A stretch of DNA of 64,000 nucleotides from Eledone cirrhosa (taxonomy: Eukaryota), in assembly GCA_964016885.1 (NCBI GenBank), contig OZ024747.1, positions 29,140,001 to 29,204,000 on the forward strand. The letters run 5' to 3'. Position numbers and translations under genes: made by a program. The notes below the pieces were generated by a model. The model was given only the letters and a program-made list of their open reading frames with translations, was not told the origin of the DNA and did not search any database. Shown piece after piece: positions 60,708 through 64,000 of the stretch (position 1 is the first letter of the stretch; each line of letters begins with the position of its first letter).

Positions 60708-63700
60708 ATGACCTCACTCAGAATAGGCAGCATAAATGCGCGTGGCTTGGGGTCGTCATGGAAGCAGGGTCACCTGCTCAACGACCTCAGGTCACTAAAC
60801 ATAGATGTAGTGGCCATCAGCGAGACCAGAATCTCCGAAGCACGGGCCTTCGCACCGATCTTCGGCGGCTACGATGTGTACGCATCTCCCAGCCGTCCTG
60901 GATCGGGTGGAGGAGTTGCTGTGCTTTTTCGGAGAGGTTTGGATCTCGCCATACGGGCCATCTTCCTGGACCCAGAGGGTAAGCTGGTGGTGCTGGACGT
61001 GACCAGCGGAGACGGGCAAGCTTTCAGGCTAGTGGCCGTCTATGCCCCGACAGGAGCAGGGCGGCCTGATTTCTTCCGGCGTCTGGAGACCTTTCTTGGA
61101 ACGTCGCGCTCTTTAGTGTTAGTGGGCGACTGGAACGGGATCTTAGATGCACGCTGGGACTGTGTGGGATTAGCGGATAGGGGTGGAGGGTGCAAGAGCC
61201 TCACCAACCTGCTCAGGCGTTTTGAACTGTCTGACAGGTACCGATTGGATTTCCCGAATGTGCCAATGTGGACTTGGACAAACCGCATAGGGTCATCCAG
61301 ATCATATCTAGATAGAGTATTTTGTAGGGAAATAGATAGGTCTAGCATAGGCTGTCCACAATTCAAGATAGTCAGCTACACGGACCACAAATTCGTGATC
61401 TGTGTGCTTGACTTAGATAGGCTTCATAGACGAGGACCCGGCTACTGGAAGCTAAACGCGTCCTTACCAGCGCGCAAGGCCTACAGAGACCGGATTAGCG
61501 AACTAGTTAAGCGGGCGTTGACGGGGGCCATCGTCAACAACAAGTGGTGGTTTGCTCTGAAAAGAGCGATTAGAATAGAATCGATTAGGTTTAGTAAGGC
61601 TTTAGCAATAGAGAAAAATAGAGCAGAGGGAGAACTAGTTAGAAAATTAGACGAGGCGCTTAGCAAAGGCATTGCGACCGACGTGCTTGCGGCGAAATTG
61701 GCCCTTGACCAATTCTTCAATGCAAAGCACGAAGGCTGCGTTGTCAGAGCTAGGGTGCGTGCTCTCAGACACGAGGGGACGAAAGCCGTTCAATGGGCCC
61801 GAGTGGCGGAGGCGCGTCGTGGCAACAAAGCCACGATCCGGTCTTTGGTGGACCACGACGGGCGCATGCTACTCGATCCCGGGCAAATGTGTGAAGCTTT
61901 TCAGCGACACTTCGCTCAGCTGTTCGGGGGCAGCGGGGGGCCGGGTAGAGGGATGGACTTTAGTGTCTACCTCGACGGGCTGCCGCGGCTCTCGGCCACT
62001 GAGGCGAGGTGTTGCGAAAAGCCGATAACAGCCGCTGAAGTACGGGAGGCAATGACTGGCTGCACAAGGGGTAAATCGCCTGGTTTGGATGGTCTGCCCT
62101 ATGAACTTTACGTACAGATGCCAGACTTGTTCGGAGGCCTCTTGGCGGACGTCTACTGCAACTGGCAACAGAACGGGAGAATTCCCAGTTCTGTGAGCCG
62201 AGGAGCGGTGGCACTGCTGAGAAAGGATCCGAACAAGGGGGATAACATAGACAATTTCCGGCCCATAACTCTGCTAAACACAGAGTTTAAGATTTTGGCC
62301 AAGGTGCTAGCAAAGAGGTTGGCGCTTGTCGTTGGTGGTCTGGTGGGAGAGGCGCAGACATGCGCCATTCCCGACAGATCCATCCACGACAACCTCCACC
62401 TCATGCGATACATCGTAGAGAGGGTAGCTAGGGAACCTGGCACGGGTGGGTCCTTGATCAATTTAGATCAGTCGAAAGCTTTCGATAGGGTCGACCATCG
62501 TTACCTAGCGGCAGTCCTGAGGGCGGCTGGCTTTGGGCCCGTCTTCAGAGGCTGGATCGCTGCCATGCACAGCGACATCTGCTCTGTGGTGAGAGTGAAC
62601 GGTCACCTGTCGGAACCGTTCAACATCATGCGCTCGGTCCGCCAAGGATGTCCCCTCTCGTCCCTCTTGTACGTATTGACTCTCGAGCCATTACTGCACA
62701 AACTGGAGACGTTGAGGGGAGTCCCGCGCGAACTAGGATGCGGAAGATCCGTGTCAGCATATGCGGACGATGTCACCGTAGTGGTGTCGAACGCCAAACA
62801 CATCGAGGCGATCGGCACTACACTAAGAGAATACGAAGCGGTGACAGGAGCAATGATCAACCAGGAAAAGTCAGTGGGCCTGCAGCTCGGCACCTGGAGA
62901 GGCAGGTCCATGCCGTCCAACAGCGTCGTCGGGCGCTGGACGGACGGACCGGTTAAATTGCTAGGGGTCTGGTTCGGTCCGGACCTCCAGACGGACAAAA
63001 ACTGGGACGAGGTGACGAGCAGGGTGGCTTCTCTCACCCAGAAATGGGCGGAGAGGAAGCTATCCCTGAAAGGTCGAGCGGAGGTGGCTAACGCGTACAT
63101 CGCGTCTGTCATCTGCTACCGCCTAACCGTCGTACCTTGTCCTAAGCCTCGCCTGACTGCGCTGGAGCGTTTGCTCTTTCGCTTTTTGTGGAAGGGACGT
63201 GCTCCGATGGTCAGGCGGTCCATCTGTTGTCAACACCCGCTACGTGGAGGGCTGGGCATGCCGTGGCTGATGATGCGCAGGCACGCGCTCAGGCTACGAC
63301 ATCTCCACCTCTTCCTCGACGGTGATCAGGTGTGGTCGCCGTTTGCTAGACGCGTTTTTCCCCAGCTCGTTTCCTTGACGGAGCTGCAGTCCTGGGTCAA
63401 GCGAAGACCGAGAGGGAGCGCCTGGAGACTGGAATGTCTTCAGGCGCTCACAGCCCTCGACCAATCGGGCAATGTGATCGGTGGAAACTCCACCTCGGCG
63501 TTCTATAGAGGATTAGTGGAGGGGAAGAGCGACGACGTACTTGGGGAAACTCTAGGCGTCGACGAAAATCAACTAGCCAATCTCTTCGGAAGAACTTTCG
63601 GGCCGGGGCCTATGGACAACTTCCAGAAATCTCTGGCCTGGCAGTGCTACCGAGGAGCCTTGCCAGTTCGGGATAAACTCTACAGGCATGGAGGTGCCGT

Positions 63701-64000
63701 CAGCCGGGCATGTCCGAGATGCGCGCAGGGCGACGAAACCGTCCTGCACGCACTCGTCCAGTGTCCGAAAATTGCTGACTTGTGGGTTTATGTCGAACAC
63801 CTGCTGTCGCGTTTAGGACGGATCCGGCTATCATCTGAGTCCATCGTGAGGATTGCCCCGCCCTCCTCCTTTAGCCGGGAAGGGCAGGCAGTTTTTATCT
63901 GCCTGGTGGCCATGGCGAAAGAGATAGTATGGTGGACACGTTTGAAAGGGCTGAAGACGAGCACTTACCTCTTCGGTGATGCTCTGATTGACTTTTTCAA
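60708..64000 (+). CDS. LINE ORF2 copy 5 (APE-RT), cut by window end
   Basis: ATG at 60708, colinear with the other copies; absent from the track because no stop falls inside the window. Confidence 0.9.
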   Translation, partial: MTSLRIGSINARGLGSSWKQGHLLNDLRSLNIDVVAISETRISEARAFAPIFGGYDVYASPSRPGSGGGVAVLFRRGLDLAIRAIFLDPEGKLVVLDVTSGDGQAFRLVAVYAPTGAGRPDFFRRLETFLGTSRSLVLVGDWNGILDARWDCVGLADRGGGCKSLTNLLRRFELSDRYRLDFPNVPMWTWTNRIGSSRSYLDRVFCREIDRSSIGCPQFKIVSYTDHKFVICVLDLDRLHRRGPGYWKLNASLPARKAYRDRISELVKRALTGAIVNNKWWFALKRAIRIESIRFSKALAIEKNRAEGELVRKLDEALSKGIATDVLAAKLALDQFFNAKHEGCVVRARVRALRHEGTKAVQWARVAEARRGNKATIRSLVDHDGRMLLDPGQMCEAFQRHFAQLFGGSGGPGRGMDFSVYLDGLPRLSATEARCCEKPITAAEVREAMTGCTRGKSPGLDGLPYELYVQMPDLFGGLLADVYCNWQQNGRIPSSVSRGAVALLRKDPNKGDNIDNFRPITLLNTEFKILAKVLAKRLALVVGGLVGEAQTCAIPDRSIHDNLHLMRYIVERVAREPGTGGSLINLDQSKAFDRVDHRYLAAVLRAAGFGPVFRGWIAAMHSDICSVVRVNGHLSEPFNIMRSVRQGCPLSSLLYVLTLEPLLHKLETLRGVPRELGCGRSVSAYADDVTVVVSNAKHIEAIGTTLREYEAVTGAMINQEKSVGLQLGTWRGRSMPSNSVVGRWTDGPVKLLGVWFGPDLQTDKNWDEVTSRVASLTQKWAERKLSLKGRAEVANAYIASVICYRLTVVPCPKPRLTALERLLFRFLWKGRAPMVRRSICCQHPLRGGLGMPWLMMRRHALRLRHLHLFLDGDQVWSPFARRVFPQLVSLTELQSWVKRRPRGSAWRLECLQALTALDQSGNVIGGNSTSAFYRGLVEGKSDDVLGETLGVDENQLANLFGRTFGPGPMDNFQKSLAWQCYRGALPVRDKLYRHGGAVSRACPRCAQGDETVLHALVQCPKIADLWVYVEHLLSRLGRIRLSSESIVRIAPPSSFSREGQAVFICLVAMAKEIVWWTRLKGLKTSTYLFGDALIDFF

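Larger units (their letters stand above)
34131..64000 (+). repeat. Head-to-tail tandem array of at least five ~6.06-kb Tx1/L1-type LINEs
   Basis: Units start GAATGCCATGG at 34131, 40191, 46253, 52310 and 58363, joined by (ATT)10, 11, 8 and 9; the last unit is cut by the window end. Confidence 0.97.

Noticed and set aside
34451-63800. Recurrent antisense and alternate-frame ORFs in the LINE units
   Set aside because: They recur only because the units are near-identical; shadows of GC-rich or triplet-repeat coding sequence with no motifs.
34131-64000. Telomeric retrotransposon array of HeT-A/TART type
   Set aside because: No telomeric repeats seen; 3' tails point away from the ordinary flanking DNA, opposite to HeT-A/TART polarity if the chromosome end lay to the right; no 5' erosion.

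Overview
AT-rich animal genomic DNA with no recognisable host gene; the repeat content resembles cephalopod (Octopus-like) sequence (inference). Left 29 kb: a DD37D (maT) transposase remnant, mariner and hAT MITEs, tRNA-derived SINEs, a 2-kb non-coding LTR element (tRNA-Trp PBS, 4-bp TSD), many microsatellites, and several Penelope-like elements (PLEs) sitting at (TA)n tracts. The PLE ends carry about nine minimal type-I hammerhead ribozyme motifs. PLE ends recur as fold-back palindromes with the 3' ends facing outward, at about 6.2 kb, 330 bp and 90 bp scale. Right 35 kb: an older decayed Tx1/L1-type LINE, an R4/Dong-type fragment in its (ATT)n tail, then a head-to-tail array of at least five near-identical ~6.06-kb Tx1/L1-type LINEs joined only by (ATT)8-11 and running off the window. 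The ORF1-ORF2 spacer of this LINE looks like a 53-nt GT-AG intron whose removal would fuse the ORFs in frame. All calls were read by eye; no searches or folding were run.
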